Positions 46,598-56,800 of a stretch of 64,000 nucleotides of DNA are shown piece after piece. The notes beneath the pieces were generated by a model. It saw nothing but the letters and a program-made list of their open reading frames with translations, searched no databases and had not been told where the DNA came from. The position numbers and the translations under genes are program-made. The DNA is from a bacterium (GTDB lineage Bacteria; Bacteroidota; Ignavibacteria; Kapaibacteriales; Kapaibacteriaceae). Position 1 is the stretch's first letter. Each line of letters begins with the position of its first letter. The stretch is taken from positions 64,787 to 128,786 of the forward strand of contig JAWXBR010000011.1 in NCBI GenBank assembly GCA_034440235.1, read 5' to 3'.

Positions 46598-47578
46598 CTA
46601 CGGAGTACGGTTTTCGTTCTCGCTAATCGCGCGACGTGCTAGAAAAGCTGCACCGATGATGCCAGCTTGGTTGCCAAAGGTGGCCTTGCGAACGTCGAGG
46701 TGGTCTGCAATCGAGGGCAATGCGCGTTCGAGCAAGCGTGTGCGAATGAGAGGGAGTAGCGGGGGATAGGCTTCGACGATTCCGCCGCCTACGATGAGCG
46801 TAGACATACCTAGAACAGCGAGTGCTGATGCGAAGCCCGCGGCGAGATACGACGCCAACATTTCGAATGTGGCCGCTGCATGTCTGTCGCCTGCTGTGAG
46901 TCTCCGGACAAGTTCCGAGATCGATGCAGTTTCTTCTGTTAGATTACGATAGTAACTAATTCTACCATCGCGTCCGGCGAACTCTTCGACCGTACCAGCA
47001 CGCCAAGCGTAACCTGTAGAGGACGATTTGCTGTTGATGTCGACAATGATGTGACCAATCTCGCCGGCGCCCCCTGTCGGACCCCTATAGATTTTACGAT
47101 TGATGATCACACATCCACCTACACCAGTGCCAAGCGTTGCATACAGAAAGTCGCTCACGTCACGTCCGGCGCCACCATCTGCCTCTGCAATGGCCGCCGC
47201 ATTGGCGTCGTTTTCAACGACGATGTGTTTGTGCAGACGTTCTTCGAGTAGCGCTTTCACATGAACCGAAGTCCACGACTTCAGATTGGGTGGATGATGC
47301 ACAACACCGTCGGCATCAACGACTCCCGGAAAGCCAATGCCTATGGCATCTATGTCGCCCGTTGTTGCAAACAAGTTTACAGTAGTAACAATGGTCTCAA
47401 GGATAGCATCGGGTCCGCCCTCGGCGGGCGTCTCGACCGTCGTTGCATCATGCACAACGCCGCTCTCATCAACGCGGCCTGCCTTGATGTTTGTGCCACC
47501 GACGTCGATGCCGAGAACCGTCATTCCGGGAGATAATGATTCCCGGGATGACCGTTGTAAGTCGTTGATTGTCAACAA
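46598..47578 (-). CDS. ROK family sugar kinase (glucokinase-like)
   Basis: N-terminal ATPase motif LGIDVGGTNIKAG and the ROK signature region. Confidence 0.75.
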   Translation of the reverse strand: MLTINDLQRSSRESLSPGMTVLGIDVGGTNIKAGRVDESGVVHDATTVETPAEGGPDAILETIVTTVNLFATTGDIDAIGIGFPGVVDADGVVHHPPNLKSWTSVHVKALLEERLHKHIVVENDANAAAIAEADGGAGRDVSDFLYATLGTGVGGCVIINRKIYRGPTGGAGEIGHIIVDINSKSSSTGYAWRAGTVEEFAGRDGRISYYRNLTEETASISELVRRLTAGDRHAAATFEMLASYLAAGFASALAVLGMSTLIVGGGIVEAYPPLLPLIRTRLLERALPSIADHLDVRKATFGNQAGIIGAAFLARRAISENENRTP

Positions 47579-47582
47579 AACC

Positions 47583-47906
47583 TCATTCCGCTGTATCCCG
47601 CCTTATGATATACACCTCTTCGCCCGGACGTATGTATCCGTAGCGCTCACGCGCAAGACGCTCAATTTCCAGCGTGTCGTTCTGCAAGCGCTTTACGACT
47701 GCGCGTGTAGAGTCTGCAATGTGTCTTGCCTCTGCAACCTGATGTTGCAGTGCCGTGTGTTCAGACTCCAGCCTCAGTCGAGTAAGAATGCCATACGGCG
47801 AGAGCAACACAAACACAACAACCACACCCGATAGCAGTGCTATCACGAGCAATCGCTTGCGCGTCATGAGCTTCTTCTGTACTGCTACGCCGGGTTTCTT
47901 TGCCAT
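47583..47906 (-). CDS. ftsB: Septum formation initiator family protein (FtsB/DivIC-like)
   Basis: A single TM helix plus a coiled coil and a conserved C-terminal ...RYGYIRPGEEVY motif. 107 aa. Confidence 0.7.
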   Translation of the reverse strand: MAKKPGVAVQKKLMTRKRLLVIALLSGVVVVFVLLSPYGILTRLRLESEHTALQHQVAEARHIADSTRAVVKRLQNDTLEIERLARERYGYIRPGEEVYIIRRDTAE

Positions 47907-47945
47907 TGCGCGTATGCTTTCGTGTCCGTCTGAACGGACACCTAC

Positions 47946-48413
47946 CTAATCGTTAACGAAGGGCTCTACTGGAATTCCAAGTAATGTGCGGCACTCAGCT
48001 TCTGGAGTTGTAGACGGGTCGTCGATGTAAAGCTCAATGAATGGAGCCTCGACAATTGTTTTGTCGTGATGACTGACCATTGCTCGGAGCTTGTTAAACG
48101 ATTCTTTAATGCCTTCGTACGAACCGACGTGTGTTAGCTGTGCATACTCGAGCTCGGGGAACTCACGCACCTGCACGCGATCATCACCCTCTGTGCCGTA
48201 GGGCACTTGCACCGCAACATCGTAGCGCAATGCATCGGAAGAAACAGTTGCGGGATTGTCATACGAGAATCCCATCATGACTTCGGGGGCAAGCTCGCGC
48301 TCGGTAGCCCAGGCCCAGAGTTCGCCGAAGATTGGACCGGCGTTTGTGTACGGACCCACATGGCGGATGCATGCGACGTTGTACGGACCCAATGGGTCGA
48401 CTTGAATATCCAT
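47946..48413 (-). CDS. GyrI-like small-molecule-binding domain protein
   Basis: About 155 aa with a duplicated beta-alpha-beta-beta fold pattern typical of GyrI-like/AraC effector-binding domains. Start and stop codons overlap with gcvP. Confidence 0.5.
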   Translation of the reverse strand: MDIQVDPLGPYNVACIRHVGPYTNAGPIFGELWAWATERELAPEVMMGFSYDNPATVSSDALRYDVAVQVPYGTEGDDRVQVREFPELEYAQLTHVGSYEGIKESFNKLRAMVSHHDKTIVEAPFIELYIDDPSTTPEAECRTLLGIPVEPFVND

Positions 48414-51346
48414 TATGCGTACTCCTCGATACTAGGGCATGTACAAATAAGCACACGGTCGCCGTATGCATTGTCTACACGGCCAATGCTTGGCCAGAAT
48501 TTTCTATCGCGTACCCATGAGAGCGGATACACAGCCTGCTTGCGCGTGTACGGATGTGTCCATTCGTCCGCCGTTGCCACATACTGCGTATGCGGAGCGT
48601 TTTTAAGCACGTTGTCTTTAGCATCGACAACACTTAGGCACACATCTTCAATTTCTTTACGAATGGAAAGTAACGCGTCGCAGAACCTGTCGATCTCGGC
48701 CTTGCTTTCGCTTTCCGTTGGCTCAATCATAATTGTTCCGGGAACAGGGAAGCTTAGCGTCGGAGCGTGAAAACCATAATCCATAAGGCGTTTTGCGATG
48801 TCCTCTGCTTCGAGTCCACCACGTTGCTTGAATTCGCGTAGGTCGACAATCATCTCGTGCGCAACGCGACCCTTCGCACCCTTGAACAAAATGCTGTAGT
48901 GGCCTTCGAGGCGCTTCGCAATGTAATTGGCATTAAGAATCGCAACGCGCGTTGCATCGGTGAGCCCCTTACTGCCCATCATGGCGATGTATGCGTAGCT
49001 GATAAGCAGAATAGATGCTGAGCCCCAAGGTGCGGCAGAGACGGCGCCTGCTGCAGGAACGCCATTGCCGACAACATGTACGCCATTGCCGACAACAGGA
49101 ACGCCATGGCCGACAACATGTGCGCCGGTTTGTGACCTAGTGGGGGAAATAACGGGGTGACCAGGGAGGTAGGGGGCTAGCTCGGTGGTAACGCAGATCG
49201 GACCCATACCGGGACCGCCACCGCCGTGCGGAATGCAGAATGTTTTGTGAAGATTAAGGTGACATACGTCGGCACCTATGGTGCGCGGACTTGTTAAGCC
49301 CACTTGCGCATTCATGTTTGCGCCGTCCATGTACACACGTCCGCCGTGCTCGTGAATAATCGAGCAGACTTCCTTAATCGATTCTTCGAACACACCGTGT
49401 GTTGAAGGGTACGTTACCATTAATGCAGCAAGATCTTTTGCATGTGCATCGGCCTTCGCACGCAAGTCGTCCATATCGACGTGTCCGTCGGCGTCTGCCT
49501 TCACAACCACAACCTTCATGCCTGCCATGACAGCCGACGCAGGGTTTGTGCCGTGTGCGCTGCTCGGTATGAGCACAATATTTCTATGCGACTGTTTGTT
49601 TGCGATGTGCAGAGAGCGAATTGCAAGGAGTCCGGCATACTCGCCCTGCGCACCTGCATTCGGCTGAAGCGAACACGCATCGAAGCCAGTGATTTCGCAC
49701 AACCAGTGCTCGAGCTCGTGAAAGATTTGTGTGTAGCCAGCAGTTTGTTCGCGTGGCACAAACGGATGAATTGCGTTGAACTCGGGCCACGTGAGCGGAA
49801 TCATCTCGGCCGTTGCATTCAACTTCATTGTGCACGAACCAAGCGAGATCATGCTATGTGTAAGCGAGAGGTCTTTGTTTTCGAGGCGTTTCAAATACCG
49901 CAACATTTCGTGTTCGGTGCGGTGCTCATGAAATGTCGAATGAGTTAGATAGTTCGATGTACGATGAAGAGATGTGGGGAGTCCGGCATTCTTCGTTAGA
50001 CGTGCACCACTCGTTGGCGACACATCATACTTCGAAGATGCAACTACATCAAAACACGCTAATACATCGGCAAGGTCTGCTGCTGTTGTTGTTTCGTCGA
50101 ACGATATGCCAACAGTTTGTTTTGCGTCGTTATATGCAAAGTTTATTGCTTTAGAAGTTGCAATTGCTCGCACTGCGTTTGTATCGGCAGCAACAGTAAC
50201 AGTGTCGAACCAAGCGCCGTTCACGATGGTGTGTCCTGCGGCAATCAGAGCTTCGACTAGTGCATTCGAAAGCGCGTGTACCTGGTGCGCAATGTTGCGA
50301 AGTCCGTCGGGACCATGATACACCGCATACATCGCAGCAACATTCGCAAGCAATGCTTGTGCTGTGCAGATGTTCGATGTTGCTTTGTCGCGACGAATAT
50401 GTTGCTCGCGTGTCTGCAATGCCATCCGATAAGCGAGATCGCCTTGTGCGTCTATGCTCACCCCAATGATACGTCCGGGCATAAGGCGCTTGTACTGCTC
50501 ACGCGTGGCCATGAAGGCCGCATGAGGTCCGCCATAACCGAGTGGCACACCAAACCGCTGCGTCGACCCAACAGCAACGTCGGCACCAAACTCGCCCGGA
50601 GGCACAAGCAATGTTAATGCAAGCAGGTCGGTACCAACCGTTACAAGTGCTCCGCCTTCGTGTGCGGCATCGCAGAATGTTTTGTAGTCGTGGATGTCAC
50701 CATCAAGTGTCGGGTACTGCACGTACGCACCGAACACAGTGCCATCGAATGTTGCACTGCGCCAATCACCAACTTGAATGTTAATGCCTAGTGGCTCGGC
50801 ACGAGTTTTCAACACGTCGAGTGTTTGTGGAAACACATTTGTGTCGACAAACAATGTCAGTGCATCTTTCGCATTCGCACCACGCGCAGCATACATCAAA
50901 TGCATTGCTTCTGCCGCAGCAGTTGCTTCATCGAGAAGTGACGCATTTGTGATCTCGAGTTTTGTGAGATCGATAATCATCGTCTGAAAATTCAACAACG
51001 ATTCGAGACGACCCTGCGAAATCTCGGCCTGGTATGGCGTGTACTGTGTGTACCATCCCGGATTCTCTACAACGTTGCGCAGAATTACAGCAGGAGTAAT
51101 CGTGTCGTAGTAACCCATGCCGATGTACGTGCGCCAATTTTTGTTGCGCGCACCAACAGCACGCAAATGTTTTAGCAATTGCGTTTCCGTTAGGGCAGGG
51201 GGCAGGTCGAGGGACTTCTTCAGCCGTATGTCGGCAGGAATTGTCTCGTCGATCAGCGCATCGAGTGTGGATGCACCCACAACACCGAGCATGGAAGAAA
51301 GATCGTCTTGTGAACGTCCGAGGTGACGTGAAGCAAAGTCAGTCAT
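48413..51346 (-). CDS. gcvP: Glycine dehydrogenase (decarboxylating), glycine cleavage system P protein. It contains an in-frame tandem-repeat insertion.
   Basis: Full-length single-chain GcvP (977 aa) with the PLP-lysine region. An extra roughly 25-aa loop, [26 protein letters not shown], is encoded by a 21-bp x3 DNA repeat. Confidence 0.9.
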   Translation of the reverse strand: MTDFASRHLGRSQDDLSSMLGVVGASTLDALIDETIPADIRLKKSLDLPPALTETQLLKHLRAVGARNKNWRTYIGMGYYDTITPAVILRNVVENPGWYTQYTPYQAEISQGRLESLLNFQTMIIDLTKLEITNASLLDEATAAAEAMHLMYAARGANAKDALTLFVDTNVFPQTLDVLKTRAEPLGINIQVGDWRSATFDGTVFGAYVQYPTLDGDIHDYKTFCDAAHEGGALVTVGTDLLALTLLVPPGEFGADVAVGSTQRFGVPLGYGGPHAAFMATREQYKRLMPGRIIGVSIDAQGDLAYRMALQTREQHIRRDKATSNICTAQALLANVAAMYAVYHGPDGLRNIAHQVHALSNALVEALIAAGHTIVNGAWFDTVTVAADTNAVRAIATSKAINFAYNDAKQTVGISFDETTTAADLADVLACFDVVASSKYDVSPTSGARLTKNAGLPTSLHRTSNYLTHSTFHEHRTEHEMLRYLKRLENKDLSLTHSMISLGSCTMKLNATAEMIPLTWPEFNAIHPFVPREQTAGYTQIFHELEHWLCEITGFDACSLQPNAGAQGEYAGLLAIRSLHIANKQSHRNIVLIPSSAHGTNPASAVMAGMKVVVVKADADGHVDMDDLRAKADAHAKDLAALMVTYPSTHGVFEESIKEVCSIIHEHGGRVYMDGANMNAQVGLTSPRTIGADVCHLNLHKTFCIPHGGGGPGMGPICVTTELAPYLPGHPVISPTRSQTGAHVVGHGVPVVGNGVHVVGNGVPAAGAVSAAPWGSASILLISYAYIAMMGSKGLTDATRVAILNANYIAKRLEGHYSILFKGAKGRVAHEMIVDLREFKQRGGLEAEDIAKRLMDYGFHAPTLSFPVPGTIMIEPTESESKAEIDRFCDALLSIRKEIEDVCLSVVDAKDNVLKNAPHTQYVATADEWTHPYTRKQAVYPLSWVRDRKFWPSIGRVDNAYGDRVLICTCPSIEEYA
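49059..49121. repeat. 21-bp in-frame tandem repeat x3 (ACGCCATTGCCGACAACATGT) inside gcvP
   Basis: Seen in the sequence. It encodes HVVGNGV-like heptads. Confidence 0.9.
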
Positions 51347-51396
51347 GTGGCAGTATGTCGCAGTATGTCAATGATCAATGGTTAATTTTCTTGTAC

Positions 51397-52728
51397 ATGA
51401 TAAAAACCCTTGCTCTTCCTTTGTGTCTCGTCGTCGTGACACTTGCCTGTTCGTATGACAAAGTCTCGGCGCAGGATTTTCTGCAACGAAAATACGCCAC
51501 ACGTGTCGAGCGCGACATCGTCTACGGAACCGCCACCGGCTTTGCGGGCAAGTTGGATACCCTGAGATTGAATTATTGGAAGCCCCACGCCGACGGTAAT
51601 CCGAGGCGGCCCCTTATCATTTTTGTGCATGGAGGGGGCTTTACAGGGGGCTCTAGGACTGACTTCGACGTGTTATGCGAGGGATACGCACAGCGCGGAT
51701 ATGCGGCCGCAACCATAAGTTATCGGTTAGGCTTTCATCCGCCTCCTCTCATGGCGAACCCTTACGCCTACGACACTGCCGAGGTCGTACGTGCGGCCTA
51801 CAGAGCGTCGCAGGACCTGTTCGGAGCTGCAAGATTTCTTGTCAAACGTGCATCGTTAGACTCGGTGAGCGTGTCGTCAATGATTATCGGCGGCGCCAGC
51901 GCCGGAGGCATTACTGTATTGCAGGCCGCATACATTTCAGAGAATGAACGCTACGGTTGTACACGAGCGTTTGCAGATGTGCCGGGCATTGGGGTTGCCG
52001 GAAAACGTCCGGACCTAGGCCCAACCACAGGCACCCTTCACGCCGATGCGGCAACTCCACGCATCCTTGCCGTCGTAAATCTGTTCGGCGCAATTCCGGA
52101 CACGTCGTTTATTGAACGCGCGGACGATCCTGCGATGTATCAGTATCACCAGACAGGCGACCCCGTCGTGTCATGCGTGTACGCAAAGGGCTTATGGAGT
52201 TATCCGTTCGGCATTCCGGACAACTATTACTTTGTGCACGGCTCCTGCAACATAAAAAAGCGTCTCGATAACCTCGGCTACACATCTGCACGGCATCGCT
52301 CTTGGATTTTTAATGGTAGTGTGCATGGCTTTCACGGCGCAGCAGCAGTCGAAATAGATATCGCAGATTTTTTAGCACCACTTACGCGTGACGCGCTCAC
52401 ATCGGTCGACGATGATGCCTTCGAAAGCGAGCGCAACGATTCATCGAAGGATCGCACTAATAACGACCTAACTAGTAAAGACCTAACGAATAAAGACCGA
52501 ACTAATAAAGACCGAACTAATAAAGACCGAACTAATACTGTGATGTCCGATGGAGCGACAGTAGTTGTTATGGACCTAGCTGGACGTCTAGTCTTTCAGG
52601 GCACCGATGCTCATCCCTCAGGTGCTCATTTCCCTAGTGCTCATCTCACAAGAATGCTGAACCTGCCCATTGGGGCTTACATCATGAAAATTGGTGTTGA
52701 AACACGGTTATTTCTAGTTCTTCGTTAA
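51397..52728 (+). CDS. Secreted alpha/beta-hydrolase (esterase/lipase family) with a tandem-repeat linker and T9SS C-terminal sorting domain
   Basis: Signal peptide (MIKTLALPLCLVVVTLACS). HGGGF oxyanion motif and the GGASAGG nucleophile elbow. Linker (NDLTSKDLTNKDRTNKDRTNKDRTN). CTD (...VVVMDLAGRLVFQG...GAYIMKIGVETRLFLVLR). Confidence 0.7.
   Translation: MIKTLALPLCLVVVTLACSYDKVSAQDFLQRKYATRVERDIVYGTATGFAGKLDTLRLNYWKPHADGNPRRPLIIFVHGGGFTGGSRTDFDVLCEGYAQRGYAAATISYRLGFHPPPLMANPYAYDTAEVVRAAYRASQDLFGAARFLVKRASLDSVSVSSMIIGGASAGGITVLQAAYISENERYGCTRAFADVPGIGVAGKRPDLGPTTGTLHADAATPRILAVVNLFGAIPDTSFIERADDPAMYQYHQTGDPVVSCVYAKGLWSYPFGIPDNYYFVHGSCNIKKRLDNLGYTSARHRSWIFNGSVHGFHGAAAVEIDIADFLAPLTRDALTSVDDDAFESERNDSSKDRTNNDLTSKDLTNKDRTNKDRTNKDRTNTVMSDGATVVVMDLAGRLVFQGTDAHPSGAHFPSAHLTRMLNLPIGAYIMKIGVETRLFLVLR
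52450..52537. repeat. 15-bp in-frame tandem repeat (AATAAAGACCGAACT x3 plus degenerate copies) in the esterase linker
   Basis: Seen in the sequence. Confidence 0.85.
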
Positions 52729-52737
52729 CCCCGCACT

Positions 52738-53856
52738 ATGACACGAAAACGCATTGTTCGCTGGACGATAATTATTGCTGTGCTCATTGCTGCCATCGTA
52801 GTGCTGAGGCTGGTTACGAGCAACAAGGACGGTGCCCAAGGTGGCGCGGGCGGCGCTTCAAAAGGACCTCCTGGGGGAGGCCCTTCTGGAGGAGGACCTT
52901 CAGGCGCACCACTGAAAGTTTCTGCAGTGGTTATCACCCCAAGCCCTTTTTCCGAGACCCTTTCCCTAACAGGATCGATAATGGCGAATGAGCGCATCGA
53001 GGTACGGAGCGAAGTGGGCGGACGTATTACGCGCATCGGATTTCAGGAAGGGGCGCGAGTACGCAAGGGGCAAGTGCTTATACAGATGGACGATGCGGAA
53101 TTGCGCGCGCGGTTCTCAAAACTCGGACGTCAGCTTGTGCTCGATACAGACAAACAGAAACGTTATGAGGCGTTAAAAAAAATCGACGGGGTGAGTCAGG
53201 AAGAACTCGATGTAATTGACGCGCAGGTCGACATCCGCCGCGCAGAAATCGAAGAGCTGCAGGCGCAAATGGCGAAGACATTAATACGTGCTGCGTTTTC
53301 GGGTCGCGCCGGACTTCGTGAAGTGAGTGTAGGCGCAGTGATAACACAATCGACGCTCATTACGACACTTGCCGACGACAACACATTAAAACTCGAGTAC
53401 ACAATTCCTGAGCGGTATGCAGCAGGCATTCGTGTTGGTGATAGGGTTACGTTTACTGTACGCGGACGTGGTGTAGACGAGCAACAAGTGGCAACGATCT
53501 ACGCTCTCGAACCCGGTGTCGACGCTGCATCACGCGCAGTACGCGTGCGTGCGCGCATTGCACACGGAAAGTCGGATGCTGCAATGATTCCGGGAATGTT
53601 TGCCGACGTAAAACTTACACTGTCGAATGTCAACGATGCACTCATGGTGCCTGCAGAAGCAGTGGTGCAGGACATGGAAGGAGCATCGGTACTTATTGTG
53701 CGCAACGGAAAGGTGCAGCCAACCAAGATTGAATTGGGCGGACGCACTCCGTCGCATGTGCGCGTTACAAGTGGCGTACATGCTGGCGACACCGTGCTTA
53801 CAAGCGGCTTGTTGATGGTCAAGAAAAACATGCCGGTGAATGCGGAGGTCCGTTGA
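52738..53856 (+). CDS. Efflux RND transporter periplasmic adaptor subunit (AcrA/MexA family)
   Basis: A TM anchor, a Gly/Pro-rich spacer, and the lipoyl, beta-barrel and MP domains of RND membrane fusion proteins. Confidence 0.8.
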   Translation: MTRKRIVRWTIIIAVLIAAIVVLRLVTSNKDGAQGGAGGASKGPPGGGPSGGGPSGAPLKVSAVVITPSPFSETLSLTGSIMANERIEVRSEVGGRITRIGFQEGARVRKGQVLIQMDDAELRARFSKLGRQLVLDTDKQKRYEALKKIDGVSQEELDVIDAQVDIRRAEIEELQAQMAKTLIRAAFSGRAGLREVSVGAVITQSTLITTLADDNTLKLEYTIPERYAAGIRVGDRVTFTVRGRGVDEQQVATIYALEPGVDAASRAVRVRARIAHGKSDAAMIPGMFADVKLTLSNVNDALMVPAEAVVQDMEGASVLIVRNGKVQPTKIELGGRTPSHVRVTSGVHAGDTVLTSGLLMVKKNMPVNAEVR

Positions 53857-56800
53857 ACCTCAGCACCCTCACCATCCACCGTCCCGTACTCAGCATCGTG
53901 CTGAGTACGCTTATCGTTCTGCTCGGTGTTGTTGGCTATCTGTTTCTCGGCGTTCGACAATTCCCGAACGTCGACCCGCCGAATATTTCCGTTACTACTA
54001 CCTACCCGGGTGCAAACGCAGACGTTATAGAGTCGCAGATAACACTTGTGCTCGAAGAATCGATTAACGGCATCGATGGTATTCGTTCGCTCACGTCGCA
54101 GTCATCGGACGGACGTTCTACTATAACAGTTGAATTTCAACTAGGTGAAGATCTAGAAGCCGCAGCGAACGATGTACGCGACCGCGTAGAACGTTCGAAA
54201 CGTAATCTGCCTCCTGATGTAGACCCGCCTGTAGTTGCGAAGGCCGATGCAAACAGCTTTATCATCGTAATGACTGTGCAGAGCGATGTGCGTCCGTTAA
54301 ACGCTCTCAGCGACTTCGCTGCAAACGTCCTGAAGGACCGCATGCAGACCATTGAAGGTGTAGGCAACATCATGATCTGGGGTGAACGCAAGTATGCCAT
54401 GCGCCTCGTGCTCGACCCGTCGAAGCTTGCGTCGTACCGCCTCACCACGACCGATGTGCGTCAGTCTTTACAACGCGAGAACGTCGATCTGCCAGCGGGA
54501 CGCCTCGAGGGCACGTCCACAGAGCTTTCCGTCCGAACGATCGGACGCATGTCGTCCGTCGAGGAATTCTCGAACCTCATCCTCCGCTCTGGCGCTGGCT
54601 CGACCGTGCGTGTACGCGACGTCGCACGTGTGTATCTCGGCGCAGAAAACGAACGCACCATTCTTAAACGCGATGGTGTTGCAATGGCCGGACTTGCCGT
54701 CACACCGCAACCCGGCGCAAATCAGGTTGACATTGCAGATGAATTCTATCGTCGGTACGAAGCGTTAAAGCAAACAGCACCCAAGGACATCACACTCGAC
54801 ATAGCGTTCGATAACACAAAGTTTATTCGTCGCGCAATTCTCGAAGTCGAAGAGACTCTTGCCATTGCGTTTGGACTTGTTGTCCTCATCATCTTCCTCT
54901 TTCTTCGATCGTGGCGCGCAACCATCATTCCCGTTGTTGCAATTCCTGTCTCGTTAATCTCCACGTTCTTCTTCATGTGGGTGTGTGGCTTCTCGATTAA
55001 CATTCTTACGCTGCTGGGCATTGTGCTAGCTACCGGACTTGTTGTAGACGATGCCATTGTTGTAATGGAAAACATTTTCCGTCGCATCGAAGAAGGCGAG
55101 TCACCCATGGAAGCGGGCGAGAAGGGGGCTTCGGAGATTTACTTCGCCGTTATCTCTACAACCATTACGCTTGCAGTTGTGTTTATTCCGGTGATTTTTC
55201 TGCCAGGTCTGACTGGACGTCTCTTCAGAGAATTTGGCGTTGTTGTAGCAACATCGGTTCTTGTATCTGCATTCGTTTCGTTAACACTCACTCCCATGAT
55301 GAGTGTTAAGCTACTGCGTCACACAGAAAAACAATCGTGGCTCATGCGAGTTACAGAACCCTTTTTCGTGTGGATGAACAGCACATACGCACGCACGCTT
55401 TCGTCGCTCATAAAGCGCCCCATCATTGCAGTACTTGCAATGGTCGCTTCGATTGTGCTTACGATTGTTATTGGCTCGCAACTAAAAAGCGAACTCGCTC
55501 CACTCGAAGACCGCAGCCTTTTGACAATTAATCTTACGGCACCAGAGGGCACGGGCTTCAATCGCATGGATGTCATCATTGACACGATGCAGGCACGCGT
55601 CTCGCGTGCTGTACCCGAGAAGGCATTGCTTCTGACCGTTACGTCACCTTCGTTCCAATCGAATGCGAGCAACACTGGCTTCGGACGCCTCGCACTTGTA
55701 GACCCAGACCAGCGCACACGCACACAAACGCAGATTGCACAAGCCATTGGCAAGGTAATGTCCACCAACACCGATGTACGTACGGCAATCATTCCCGAGC
55801 AAACGGTATCGACGGGCGGACGTGCGGGACAGCCCGTGCAGTTTGTGATTATGGCGAGTCAGCTTTCAGAGTTACGCGAAGTGTTGCCTGCCTTTATGGA
55901 TCGTGCCATGAAGCACTCGTCACTTGCAATGGCAGACGTCAATCTGAAATTCACAAAACCAGAACTCACTGTTAGTATCGATCGTGCACGTGCGCGCGAA
56001 CTCGGAGTTTCGGTGCTTGACATTGCAGATGCCATGCAGGCTGGACTTGCCGGACAGCGTTATGGATTTTTTGTCCGTGCAGGAAAACAATACCAGGTCA
56101 TCGGCGAATTCCAACGTGACTTGCGAAACACCCCAGACCGGTTGCGCGACCTACAAGTGCGCTCACAAGACGGCAGTATGATTTCGCTTGGTAGTCTTGT
56201 TACGCTCAAAGAACAAAGCACACCTCCGCAGTTATTCCGATTTAATCGCTCGGTTGCGGCTACGGTGTCCGCCGGACTTCCTCCGGGCAAAACCATTGGT
56301 GATGGTGTAAAGGCTATGCAAGAAATCGCAGCAGAGACATTGCCTTCGCACTACACTACTGCACTTACGGGCCCAGCCCGCGACTTCTCCGAAAGCTCCT
56401 CAAGCCTCGTCTACGCCTTCCTCATTGCACTTGCATTTGTGTACCTCATCCTTGCCGCACAATTCGAAAGTTTTGTAGATCCGTTTACAATCATGTTCAC
56501 CGTGCCCCTTGCGCTAGCCGGTGGAGTGCTCTCGTTATGGATCGGCGGCGAGACCCTTAACATCTTCTCGGAGATTGGTGCAATTGTGTTAATCGGACTC
56601 GTCACGAAAAACGGAATTCTTATTGTCGAGTTTGCGAACCAGAGGCGCGAAGCCGGACTCTCTGTCGTCGACGCTGCGCTCGACTCCGCATCAACCCGAT
56701 TTCGTCCGATCCTCATGACCTCCCTCGCCATGATCCTCGGCGCCTTACCCATCGCACTCTCCCTCGGCGCAGCATCTGGCAGTCGTGTCGGGTTAGGGGT

